Below, piece after piece: positions 11,572 to 22,950 of a stretch of 64,000 nucleotides of DNA (position 1 is its first letter; the number at the start of each line of letters is the position of its first letter). Source of the DNA: the human T2T-CHM13v2.0 reference genome, Homo sapiens. The notes beneath the pieces are model-generated. The model had not been told where the DNA came from. It worked only from the letters and a program-made list of their open reading frames with translations, and did not search any database. The translations under genes and the position numbers were made by a program. The stretch lies in the NCBI RefSeq assembly GCF_009914755.1, contig NC_060925.1; one strand, written 5' to 3'.

Positions 11572-11704
11572 CTTTTGTTTGTTTTAGGAAATGAGATCTT
11601 GCTATGTTGCCCACACTGAAGTCAAACTCCTAGGCTCAAGTGATCCTCCCACCCTAGCTGCCTGAGTAGCTGGGATTATAGGCACGTGCCACTACACCCA
11701 GCTC
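11572..11704 (-). mobile_element. FLAM / Alu monomer, antisense
   Basis: agatcttgctatgttgccc...ctcaagtgatcctccc...gtagctgggattataggc. Confidence 0.85.
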
Positions 11705-12879
11705 AACACAAATTTTTAAAATGTGAAAACATGGTATTTAAACTTGGATGATTAAAATAAAAATCAAACTCACCCTAAGTGGATTATCTCGGTTGGATGT
11801 TAGGTTAGCATTCTCAAGTGACCAGGAAAGATATTATACTAATAAAAGTGTGTAAAGCTAATCATTCACCCTGGAATAATGTCACTCCATAATAAACTGT
11901 ATCCTATTTAAATGTACAAAGGACATGTATTTTGGGGCTGGGGAGAGTTGTTTTGCACTTTGCATCACATGGGATACTACTGGCCTAAAGTACTGAAAGT
12001 ACTTTCAGAGAAACCTTCAGCTACCTAAAAGAGTTACTCCTCCAATGGTTCCAAGTTCACATGGCAATACATGTGGCCACTGTAAAGAATGACTTGAGAA
12101 ATGTTCACAGACAGGCAGTCGATCTGTTTTTTAAAGTTCCTCATTCTCACACTAGCATATAAAAAATTCAGAAGCTCTGGTTGTTTTTGTGAATGAGCTC
12201 TCTTTCAAAATCTAATAGCATATCAGTTTATTGAGGAGAATCTTCTTCAGAAAATACTAAGATGTCATAATTAGACAAACCTATTGAGAAAAATAACTTA
12301 TGGCATAGATGAGAACCATGCAAAATATAATATGTTTGGATTATTTATATATTGAGATTTCTTTCTTTTACCTTAAGCCTGTAATTTACAAGTAAGATTT
12401 CAGTGATTTTTATGGGGGGGTCTTATCTGTTGCTTTAAAAGTTGCCCAAACACTCCCAGTTTCTTCAGGGAAACAGAGCCAAGATGTGGTGTTCCCTTTC
12501 TCCCTAAATAGCAGTCATCCAAAAGAAGCCCATGCACCCAGCCGGGATAGCGCTGATGGCCAAAGAGCATTCCTGGATATTTGAGTCTTAGGAGTTTGCC
12601 CTCACATCTCGGCTTTCAGACCCTGAATTAATTGTAAAGTATTTTTATATTGCATCAGGCAAATTTTGGAGGTGACTTATGTATCATTTTAATGCTTAGA
12701 TTTTGACTTTGATTTCAGGATGATGCTATGTGACTTTCAGTGGTATAACTGTATTATTGGAACAGAAGCTCTAAATGCTTGTCCACTGTGGGCATTATAT
12801 CTAATTAGAAGACATTTTTTGTAGCTTTTTCCAGTACCTCTTTTAGACCATTTTATCACCATATGAGGATGACTTGATT

Positions 12880-13170
12880 TAGTTGTTGTAGCAACTGAAA
12901 AGCTGGGATCTTGAATCAGACCCACCTGGCATCAAGTCCTAATTTTGCTACTTGCAAACTGGGCAAAGTTATTTAGCATTTCTGAGCCTAAATTTCCTCA
13001 AGAAGAAAAAGGAGGGGGAAAAGGAGGAAGAGAAAGAGTAGAAGCAGAAAGAGAAGGCAAAGAAGAAAGAATAGTACTAGTGTACAAAATTGTTGTGAGG
13101 ATTAAATGAGAATATATATATATATATATAGTAATTTAGATAGTGCTTGACACACAAGAACCACTTAAAT
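12880..13170 (+). mobile_element. MIR SINE interrupted by a purine-rich tract and (AT)n
   Basis: gaatcagaccc...ctgggcaaagttatttagcatttctgagcct...gttgtgaggattaaatgag. Confidence 0.7.
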
Positions 13171-13498
13171 TATTTGAGTGATTGTCCACTCTTACAGTGA
13201 TTTGATAAACTACATTTGAGCAGATACTCTATTATTGCTGTGAAGAGATAGCAACCTCTCTTGACAAATTTTTATCTATTCAATTTGTTAAATGAATGAA
13301 TCAACAAACTATCGTGGTTTCATTCTTAAAAGATGTGGGCTCATTTCTGATGGTCCCAAGGTGGAAAAGAGTAATTTCTTCTTGGCATGGATATTAGCTG
13401 AAAGGAGATCAGGAAAAATAAAGATCATATGTCAGAATGTGATGAAAAAAGAAAAGAATCTTATGTTCTTTTCATCTTGTTTTCCACCTGTGTCCCAG

Positions 13499-13774
13499 AG
13501 AAACCATTTACTGTTGAGATCTCCCCTGGACCCCGGATTGCTGCTCAGATTGGAGACTCAGTCATGTTGACATGTAGTGTCATGGGCTGTGAATCCCCAT
13601 CTTTCTCCTGGAGAACCCAGATAGACAGCCCTCTGAGCGGGAAGGTGAGGAGTGAGGGGACCAATTCCACGCTGACCCTGAGCCCTGTGAGTTTTGAGAA
13701 CGAACACTCTTATCTGTGCACAGTGACTTGTGGACATAAGAAACTGGAAAAGGGAATCCAGGTGGAGCTCTACT
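13499..13774 (+). CDS. VCAM1: VCAM1 exon 5: Ig domain 4 (second QIDSPL site; skipped in the 6-domain isoform)
   Basis: Acceptor tgtcccag|AG, donor T|GTAAGT, 276 nt, phase 1-1; [19 protein letters not shown]...GIQVELY. Confidence 0.98.
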
Positions 13775-15004
13775 GTAAGTGGTTTTCAGAATTGTTTACT
13801 GTTTTTTTTTTTTCAGTTCTATTGGAAGAAAAAGAATGCAAGTCTGTGAAGTGCAATGAAATCCTTATGTTTAGAAAAGGAATTTAGCCTTGTGAATTTT
13901 GTTCCTAAATCTGAATCAGAATGGTTTGATGCAATATAATTAGCTTAAATCTTAAATATATATTACATATGTACACAGCACCCACAATCCTTGGTTTATG
14001 CCTTGTCAATACTCTCTCATCATGCACTTGAACACACTCCATGCTGGAGGTGAGTGCATTGGGGTCAGTGCCCATTCAGAGGACTGGGTGGAGGTGACTA
14101 CTGTTCAGCTACTCCAGTTGGGAATGAGTAGTTTTAAACTGTTTTAAGGCACTGTTTTAAAGGCACATTTGATGAGCTGTCTGCAGGATGGGAAAAAAAT
14201 AAGGGAATAGGAAGCAGAAGGAAGCCAAAATTAAAGATAAGAAGTTAGATTGGGGATGGGGATGGTCAGTGGCAGTGGCTCAGGTGAAAAGCAGAATCAG
14301 GAAGCAGCGCTAGATCTTAATGTTGATTTATGCCACCTACATATACTACACTTTCTCTCACTCTTCTTTTGTCTTAATAAACATTCTTTGCAACCTCAAA
14401 TCTCTATGAACTTGACATTGCTGGAGTTCCTCAGTCCATATTGAATGAAGAACAAAATATGCAAAGTGACCATAAAGTTATTTTTTTTTGAGGGGTTCAC
14501 TCTGCCTTGTTTTATTCAGTAGAACTCAAGAGAACATATCGTAGAGATTTTCTACCAGAAACCCTGCCCAAACTTGTGTTACCCTTCAGGATTTTGTTCA
14601 GAATGAGTTAGAGTATGCCTGTAAAGGGATTTGGGTCTCTCCAAAGAAAGATAAATTTTATTTGCATTATCATATTACCCAGAGTCCATGATCTGCTGAG
14701 ATAGGCACATTCCCAGCAGAAATGAGAACCAGCAGTGGGGTCTTATTGCAACATAGAAATATTTGAGCATGTATCACTTTAACAACATTTTGGTTAAGGA
14801 AAAAAATGTTTAAGCATTATTCTTGCCCTTGATAGCTATCTTAGTCTCATTTTACTGATTTGTACTGTATTATAAAGAATACAGTTAAGGCAGTTCTTGA
14901 TTACAAGTATTATCTGAGAAATATTTAAAACTTGCTGCCTAAATTTGGTCATTAAAATTTAAACTAAGTTGAGAACTTCCTTGTTTGTCTTATTTGATAC
15001 TGAG

Positions 15005-15225
15005 AGACTGCACAGCTCTGTAAAACCAAAGCTGGGCTCTGAGGTCAGAGAAATATGGATTTGCAGCCCATCTCAGTGACTTACTAGGTATAATGTGTGA
15101 AGAAAGTCTCTTAGCCTCTATATGTTTCAGTATTCCTGGCTGTAAAATAAGTAATACTCATTTTACACAGCTGCTTTGAAGACTGAGATAATGAATATTA
15201 GGGGACTAGTTTACAATAAGTATTC
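15005..15225 (+). mobile_element. MIR SINE
   Basis: gggctctgaggtcagag...acttactaggtata...ctgtaaaataagtaata. Confidence 0.6.
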
Positions 15226-15590
15226 AACATAACATGGCAAATTTTAAAATGTGAAATATATACTTACTAAATAAGATGGTGGAAACTGATGTATACTTAG
15301 AAAAGGTCAAGCCATGGCACACAGCAAGATTGCATATTAAGAAGAAAAGAAATAAGTGAAAATTTATTACTCAATGACTGGATATACTAAGTAGTTTTTG
15401 TTTCTAACATTATTCATATATAATATCATAAATATGTCATTTATAAATACTGTCATTACTTATATATTGACAGTCATTCTATCCCAGGTGACTTAAAGCT
15501 GTCATTTTTAGGCCTTTACATTTAATAAAGCTTAGCTCAATTTTTCCTTGAATATCAAGAATAAAAATCGTTTTTGCTTGCGATTTGCAG

Positions 15591-15911
15591 CATTCCCTAG
15601 AGATCCAGAAATCGAGATGAGTGGTGGCCTCGTGAATGGGAGCTCTGTCACTGTAAGCTGCAAGGTTCCTAGCGTGTACCCCCTTGACCGGCTGGAGATT
15701 GAATTACTTAAGGGGGAGACTATTCTGGAGAATATAGAGTTTTTGGAGGATACGGATATGAAATCTCTAGAGAACAAAAGTTTGGAAATGACCTTCATCC
15801 CTACCATTGAAGATACTGGAAAAGCTCTTGTTTGTCAGGCTAAGTTACATATTGATGACATGGAATTCGAACCCAAACAAAGGCAGAGTACGCAAACACT
15901 TTATGTCAATG
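15591..15911 (+). CDS. VCAM1: VCAM1 exon 6: Ig domain 5
   Basis: Acceptor atttgcag|CA, donor G|GTAAGT, 321 nt; [13 protein letters not shown]...TQTLYVN. Confidence 0.98.
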
Positions 15912-16039
15912 GTAAGTACATATGTGAGGTATCTACAGTTTAATACCTGTCTCTTTATCGTGTTTGCCAGGCAATAGTTAACATAAGGTTAATCGTTAAA
16001 ACCTCTGTGGAGAAAAAACGTTACTGAAAAGAAATTTCA

Positions 16040-16530
16040 AAATAATGATGATTGTAACAAATCACCCTCCCTAAACTTAAAATAGTAACTATTTACTGGC
16101 TTATGATGCTTTGAGTAGGCAATTTGGGAAGGGACCAGCTAGGCAGTTATTCTGTTCAATATGGTATTAGCTGAGCTCACTCGTGCATTTTCAGTAAGGT
16201 TAGCAGGGCTGGCTGGTCTCAGATGACTTCACCCACATGTCTGGAGCCATATCTTGGATGACTTGGCCTCTCTTTCTTTATGTGGTGTCACCCTGAGGAA
16301 CAGTAGCCTAGATTTACTCTCCAGAGCTCAGTGTTTCAAGAAGGTGTAAATGAAAGCAGCCTCTTCAAGGCCTGGGTTTGGAAGTCCTACAGTGTTACTT
16401 CTTCTTCCACATTCAATTGGTCAAAGTGAGTCATGAGGCCAGCCTAGAGATTCAAGGGGTGGAAAAATAGACCACATCTTTTCACAGAAGGAGATTCAAA
16501 TAATTCACAGTCATGTTGACTCTACCATAA
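16040..16530. mobile_element. MLT1 (MaLR) LTR remnant in intron 6
   Basis: aacaaatcaccc...ggcaatttggg...ttggtcaaagtgagtcatgaggccagcctagagattcaagggg. Confidence 0.7.
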
Positions 16531-16810
16531 ATGGCAGTACACACTATCATTGACCCTCGTCATTCTTTGGTTGCAAGGAAGTGTATACTGAACTTACTTC
16601 CATTAGAAAACACCATGACGTGTCCATGTTCTACTCTATCATTTGGTATCAGCTAAAGTAAATGAGGACCAAAACCTCTTGTGGTGAATTATCAAGGTTT
16701 ACAAACTCTTTGAGTCTGCTGAATCCATAGCCCAGTTTTGCAACATTATTAAAACTCTTTGGAACTCAGGGCATAATAGGTCAAGCTAACAAGCGTCTCT
16801 GCCTTTTCAG

Positions 16811-17077
16811 TTGCCCCCAGAGATACAACCGTCTTGGTCAGCCCTTCCTCCATCCTGGAGGAAGGCAGTTCTGTGAATATGACATGCTTGAGCCAGGGCT
16901 TTCCTGCTCCGAAAATCCTGTGGAGCAGGCAGCTCCCTAACGGGGAGCTACAGCCTCTTTCTGAGAATGCAACTCTCACCTTAATTTCTACAAAAATGGA
17001 AGATTCTGGGGTTTATTTATGTGAAGGAATTAACCAGGCTGGAAGAAGCAGAAAGGAAGTGGAATTAATTATCCAAG
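16811..17077 (+). CDS. VCAM1: VCAM1 exon 7: Ig domain 6
   Basis: Acceptor ccttttcag|TT, donor G|GTGAGC, 267 nt; [14 protein letters not shown]...EVELIIQ. Confidence 0.98.
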
Positions 17078-18282
17078 GTGAGCAGAGTGTGAGTAATGAG
17101 TTATCCTTGCTAGTAATGTTTTTGGTTATGTTACTGATTATGAGTAAAGTCTTTGAAAACAAAATTTTTACTACAAAAGTGTGATGAGGGTTTTGAAGAG
17201 TTTATGATGTTTCCAATGTATGGAGAAATCTCCTGAAATTGTCTTTTCTCATGAATTGTTACAAGTTTCTTATCCTGAGATTCTTTTAAACTCAAGTGAA
17301 ATGCAAGCCTTCAGGACCTGTGTCAGAAGTTCCAGTTACACTTATGAGGCAATGGTTATGGTATTGAAATAAGAATAGGAAGAGGAATATCTGCATTTGG
17401 GATTATGTAGGATTAAAGCTACCATATCTGGCTGAATTGAACTCTGAGTGGCAATCTCACAAGATGGCCAGTAGTATTTGCTTAGAAGCCTAAGCTGGCA
17501 CTTAAGTCTTTTGCAAATTCTGAGATTATGAGTAGCCATGACTCCGTCCTTTGGTTCATCAGCCTGAGAGCATGGAAGCACTAAAGTAGATTAAGTCAAC
17601 AGATCTAGGCCCCTTCTCTTTAGGATGGAGACCCAAGATTGAGAACAAGACAATTATTAGTTCGCAGGTTGAAGCCATACGGAGTTATGAGCAAAATCAT
17701 CAGGTGATCAATGTGGATTTCCTCTATCCCATCCCTTTTGGGTATCAGGGTTCTTTTCTTTGCCAGGGTTGTCATTTTGTCTATTACCCCTTGGCATTAT
17801 TCCCACTAAGATATTAGTGACTTTCTTGTTATCTCAACTCAATAAGATTTGTATTTTAGAAGAAGAATATTGGAAAGACAATACACATCCTTAAAAAACA
17901 GACAAACAAACAAAAAAACCTTTTGGATGGTTGTCATGACCTTGGATGGGGAAAGAATTTCAAATCAACTTACAAAATAGAAGGCCTTAATAGGGATTAA
18001 AAATTGGTGATATGGTACCTGCCTCCAGTGGTTGTTGCATTAATAGAGATGTTATATGTCAAGTACTTAGCTCAGTGCTTGGAACTTAATAAATGGCAGT
18101 AGTATTGTTAAGGATAGTGAAAAAGCCACATCTGTACAGCTTAACTTCTTGATTGAAGAATCCAACTCAAAACTCAGAAACCTGTAAAGGCCTTTGTACT
18201 TCAAGGAAATTTTTTCAAAACAGTATTACAAAAAATTAAGTTTCTATTTCACATCTGAATTCTATAGCTCTTTATCAAACAC

Positions 18283-18632
18283 TGTATTTGTCAATTTTCA
18301 CACTGCTATAAAGATACTACTTGAGATTGGTAATTTATAAAAGAGGTTTAATACAGTTCCACATGGCTGGGAAGACCTCACAAAATGTGCAATCATGGCA
18401 GAGGAGAAAGGGAAGCAAGGCACACCTTAACATGGCGGCAGGCAAGAGAGAGTGAGGAAGTGCCACACTTTAAAACCAAAAGTTCTCGTAAAAACTCATT
18501 AACTATCATGAGAACAGCATGGGGGAAACAGCCCCCATGATCCAGTCACCTCTCACCAGGTTCCTCCCTCAAAACGTGAGGATTACAATTCAAGTTGAGA
18601 CCTGGATGGGGACACAGAGCCAAACCATATCA
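18283..18632 (-). mobile_element. THE1 (MaLR) solo LTR in intron 7
   Basis: tgtatt...ggggacacagagccaaaccatatca with a perfect 5-bp TSD AACAC (18278-82 / 18633-37). Confidence 0.92.
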
Positions 18633-18894
18633 AACACCTATTCTTTGTGCTAGGCTGGGTAAATAATTATATTAAGGAACATGAAAGAAGCATAAGCCAT
18701 GTACTCTCTTAGTTAAAACATGATCATTTCCAACAATCCAGCAATGCTTGACTTCTTTACTTGCCCTTCTTAACATTTAATGCAAACGCTAAGCACAAAT
18801 AGCTCCAGGGAAGCTGTTGTTGATGTCGCTAAATTAATATGGAGTTGGTTTATATTTCACTCAATCAGGGATGTCTTTTAAATTCTCTTTACAG

Positions 18895-19161
18895 TTACTC
18901 CAAAAGACATAAAACTTACAGCTTTTCCTTCTGAGAGTGTCAAAGAAGGAGACACTGTCATCATCTCTTGTACATGTGGAAATGTTCCAGAAACATGGAT
19001 AATCCTGAAGAAAAAAGCGGAGACAGGAGACACAGTACTAAAATCTATAGATGGCGCCTATACCATCCGAAAGGCCCAGTTGAAGGATGCGGGAGTATAT
19101 GAATGTGAATCTAAAAACAAAGTTGGCTCACAATTAAGAAGTTTAACACTTGATGTTCAAG
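18895..19161 (+). CDS. VCAM1: VCAM1 exon 8: Ig domain 7
   Basis: Acceptor ctttacag|TT, donor G|GTGAGT, 267 nt; [19 protein letters not shown]...SLTLDVQ. Confidence 0.98.
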
Positions 19162-20102
19162 GTGAGTTTGTTTTGAGTTTTTGTTTTCTTGGTAATAGTT
19201 CAGAGGTTCCAAGGATTACTAAGAGTTTCCAATATTTGATGAATGAGTTGGCAAAATGGAGCTGTGGTTTATTTCTTAAGGATTCTTGGAAAAATCAAGC
19301 ACAGCTGCTTTATCCTATAAAGTTTAGCCAGGAAGTTGACATTAATCATTCGTGACTGAGGAATTCCTGCTTGCTTTTTTCAGTTTACAATTTATCATTT
19401 GTCTCTGAGGTCTTGCAGTTGCTAAATGTTTAACCATATTTTCAGACCTTTTCCCGGGAGGTTATAAGGAAACTAAAGAAGTAGGATTGGCACATTGAAA
19501 AAGAAGGGTTCTATCCAGACCCTCTTCCTTTCTACCAGAAGGAAACACTATTTTCTGAACATGGAGTAACTGCAATTTTCTGGATTGACTCTTTTCAGGA
19601 TAATAATTGGGAATAGTAAACTTGATCCTGAACAACATAAAAAAATCTCTCGACTATCGAAAAGCCTCATTAAAATTCCAACCCACTTGCCATCCTACTC
19701 TATTCTGGTGGACAGAGAAAGAGAGGAGCAGTATCCTCATTGGAGAAACTTCAGGGGCCCCTTAATCTCCTAAGCCCTCTTGTGAATGCACAGTAGGTAG
19801 GATCTGCTGATCTTATTGGTGTAAACAAAATACATCAGCCTTGGCTGATCAGTATCACACCCCTTGCACACCAATTAGCTGCTATTGTGTAATGGAGGCC
19901 ATACTTGGCGGTGGAGTGCAAACAGGACTGCAAACAAATGCCAAGTCTTAAGAGGTCTGGCACTTGGCTATTGGAGTGAGCAATCACTTGTCAATGCAGA
20001 GAAAATTTGAATCTACATCAGAAACAGGTAAAATTTTTGTTCGTCTACCCAAATTTCTCAAAATGGCAAGCCTTACCGTATGTATGTTTTCCATCTTCAC
20101 AG

Positions 20103-20377
20103 TACCTCCTCAAAACATGAGAATAGCTGTATAGCTATACATCCATCTAGAAATGTTAAAGAAGGGGAAAACATCACGATTATATATGAAACTTCTAGTC
20201 ATCCACCTGCAGTGATTATCCTGAAAAGAATTGATCTAGCCAATGAAGTTACTATGTGTTCAAAGAAGGGAACATTTACTTTGTATCATGTCACTCAAAA
20301 TGATTCAGGGGTATATGTAATCAGTGCTTCCAATGAGGTTGGGGATGATTCTGGACAGATTGCAATCTCAGTTATGA
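20103..20377 (+). pseudogene. Pseudo-exon encoding an eighth Ig-like domain in VCAM1 intron 8
   Basis: Acceptor ttttccatcttcacag|TA and donor A|GTAGGT, both phase 1. Length 275 nt = 267 + an 8-nt duplication (atagctgt/atagctat). The corrected frame aligns without gaps to domain 7. Confidence 0.9.
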
Positions 20378-22171
20378 GTAGGTTGAATTTACTCATCCCT
20401 ATTTTCTTTAATCCTTAATGCCTCTGGGCCACCTTTAATTAAGCCTAGCCCTGGGAAATTGGTCCCCTAACATTTCTGTAATTCTTTTGTTAATTAATTG
20501 TGACCTTTTAAAGACACATCAAACCTGCTTCTCTACTTTTTGACTCTGTCTCACACACATTGCTTTATTTTCTAATTGCTTTATCAAATTAGCCACTTAC
20601 ACAGTTGCTACTTTTTACTCATTATTTAAATGAACAATCAAAGAATATTAAGCGCTCAGCTAGAAACTCATGCCCCCAAACTGAATATAGTTTAAACTAG
20701 CTAAATTTTAATGAAGACCAAAAAATGGATATTTTTCTGGGTATTTTGAACTAGATTTCTTTTGCATTTGGCTGGATTTTTTATTTGTTTCATTTTGTCT
20801 TAGCTTGAACGTATTCCATTAATAGAAATCATCAGGATTTTTAAAAGATATTCAGTGTTTATATGACAAATAGAAAATTGTATTTGAAGGTTGCCCTGGC
20901 AACTACCTTGGCAGCAAATTTGTATTTTTCTGCCAATGCCTGTGGGGAAGACTGAAAGGCAAAAGATAATGTATATTACATTGAAAAGAAAGAAAGAAAA
21001 GAAATAGAAATAGTATTTCTGTTTCTCAGCATGTCATCAATATTGATGCCTATCCATAATCATGTTGATGGACATCCCATTCAAATATTACCCTTATACT
21101 TTGACTAGCTCAGCTCTAGCAAGGGAAAGTCAAAAAGTGAGACAATTATCATTATGCTTAGGGTGAACTGTTTTTCTTCAATAATTTGAAAAAGTGACTT
21201 CACATTATCTGATGCTCGTGATTCTTTTTACTTGGTTGACCTCCAGTGATTAGAAAGCTCTGGAAAGAATGTAGTAATCACCAAAGTCAGATCTCTAGTT
21301 TCTGCCAGGACTGAGACAATGTATATGCCACTTAGTGAAACTTAATACTTGTGTGGTCACATGATGCTGTGCAAAGTATAAACAGGAGTGAGTCTTCAGT
21401 AAATGACACACTATCTTCTTCAGCTGCTCTTATAAAGTTAAGATGTTAAGCAGTATAGCAGCTGTCAGATGATTTTTTAGCAGATTAGAAAGAATACTAA
21501 TTTTAAAGTTTTTGTATGCTGTTACCTACTGTACTCCATTTACAACTAAGTGGCAAAAGCAAAATGTAGAGAGAAAAAAATGTTATTAGTGTTTAAAAAA
21601 TATTGTTTTTGGTGCCAACTAGGCCAAGCAGTGAGTCAGGTGCTGGCTGTTCAGTGATGGACTAAAAAGAAAATAGATATACATGTCTTGATGTAATTTT
21701 TAGCTTAGGGGAGGAAACTAAACTTAATAAGTAATTACATGGATAAATGTTTAATTAAAAGCTGTAATAAGGGTTTTGAAGGGAAAACGAGTGGGTTTTG
21801 AAAATATATTGAGGTTCTTAATTTAGAATGAGGGAGATATAGATTAGAGAATGCCTCTAAGAAACATTTAAGCTGTAACATAACACTGTCCAAAGAACTC
21901 TAGTTTATCAAAAGATGATATAAATGCTGAAGAGGAAAAATGTATTAATATGCCCTATTTCTGACATAAAAAACATAGAAACTTCTGTATATCTCTGAGA
22001 AAGCCATTGGCAAGATTTTTTTTTTCTCTTACGATCTTATTTGTGGCATTTAGCTATAATGGTCACACTCTGAATATTATAAGGATTTTCTTAGAGAACT
22101 GGTTAGTCATTTCAATTCATGGTCATCAGAGTCCCAGTTCTTTAGTAGATATTTTTATTTCCCCAAGCAAG

Positions 22172-22219
22172 TGCCTCTCTCCAATTCCTGTTCTTGCCTC
22201 TCTCCAATTCCTGTTCTTG
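22172..22219 (+). repeat. Perfect 23-bp tandem duplication
   Basis: tgcctctctccaattcctgttct x2. Confidence 0.95.
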
Positions 22220-22515
22220 TTAAAAACTTGTACCCTCCCTTCCATTTTACAACTGAACCTGAATCTATTTGAATCCAAGTTTGTGGAAGCCAACAACTAT
22301 CATCTTTAGATCCATCATGACCATAGCAACCACCAACTGATTATTTGGATAATTCAGACAAACATGCATCTTGGGTCCTGATGGTCCTTATCACTGCTTT
22401 GATTCCCTTCTCTTTGGAGAACTAGTTGTACTGTTATAATAAACATGTAACTGTTGTTATTAAATGCTATCTTTTTGTACTAGACATTAATTGCATCCAT
22501 TTTGTTATTTTCCAG

Positions 22516-22676
22516 GAAGAGAAAACAACAAAGATTATTTTTCTCCTGAGCTTCTCGTGCTCTATTTTGCATCCTCCTTAATAATACCTGCCATTGGAAT
22601 GATAATTTACTTTGCAAGAAAAGCCAACATGAAGGGGTCATATAGTCTTGTAGAAGCACAGAAATCAAAAGTGTAG
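22516..22676 (+). CDS. VCAM1: VCAM1 exon 9 coding part: stalk, transmembrane helix, cytoplasmic tail
   Basis: Acceptor ttttccag|GA; [56 protein letters not shown] at 22674-22676. Confidence 0.98.
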
Positions 22677-22944
22677 CTAATGCTTGATATGTTCAACTGG
22701 AGACACTATTTATCTGTGCAAATCCTTGATACTGCTCATCATTCCTTGAGAAAAACAATGAGCTGAGAGGCAGACTTCCCTGAATGTATTGAACTTGGAA
22801 AGAAATGCCCATCTATGTCCCTTGCTGTGAGCAAGAAGTCAAAGTAAAACTTGCTGCCTGAAGAACAGTAACTGCCATCAAGATGAGAGAACTGGAGGAG
22901 TTCCTTGATCTGTATATACAATAACATAATTTGTACATATGTAA

Positions 22945-22950
22945 AATAAA
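22945..22950 (+). terminator. Canonical AATAAA, candidate proximal poly(A) signal
   Basis: AATAAA immediately preceded by three TGTA motifs. Confidence 0.45.

Noticed and set aside
20080-20418. 112-aa ORF treated as a standalone gene
   Set aside because: Its ATG and its ends lie outside the splice sites. Only the central part is Ig-like, and the pseudo-exon model explains it better.
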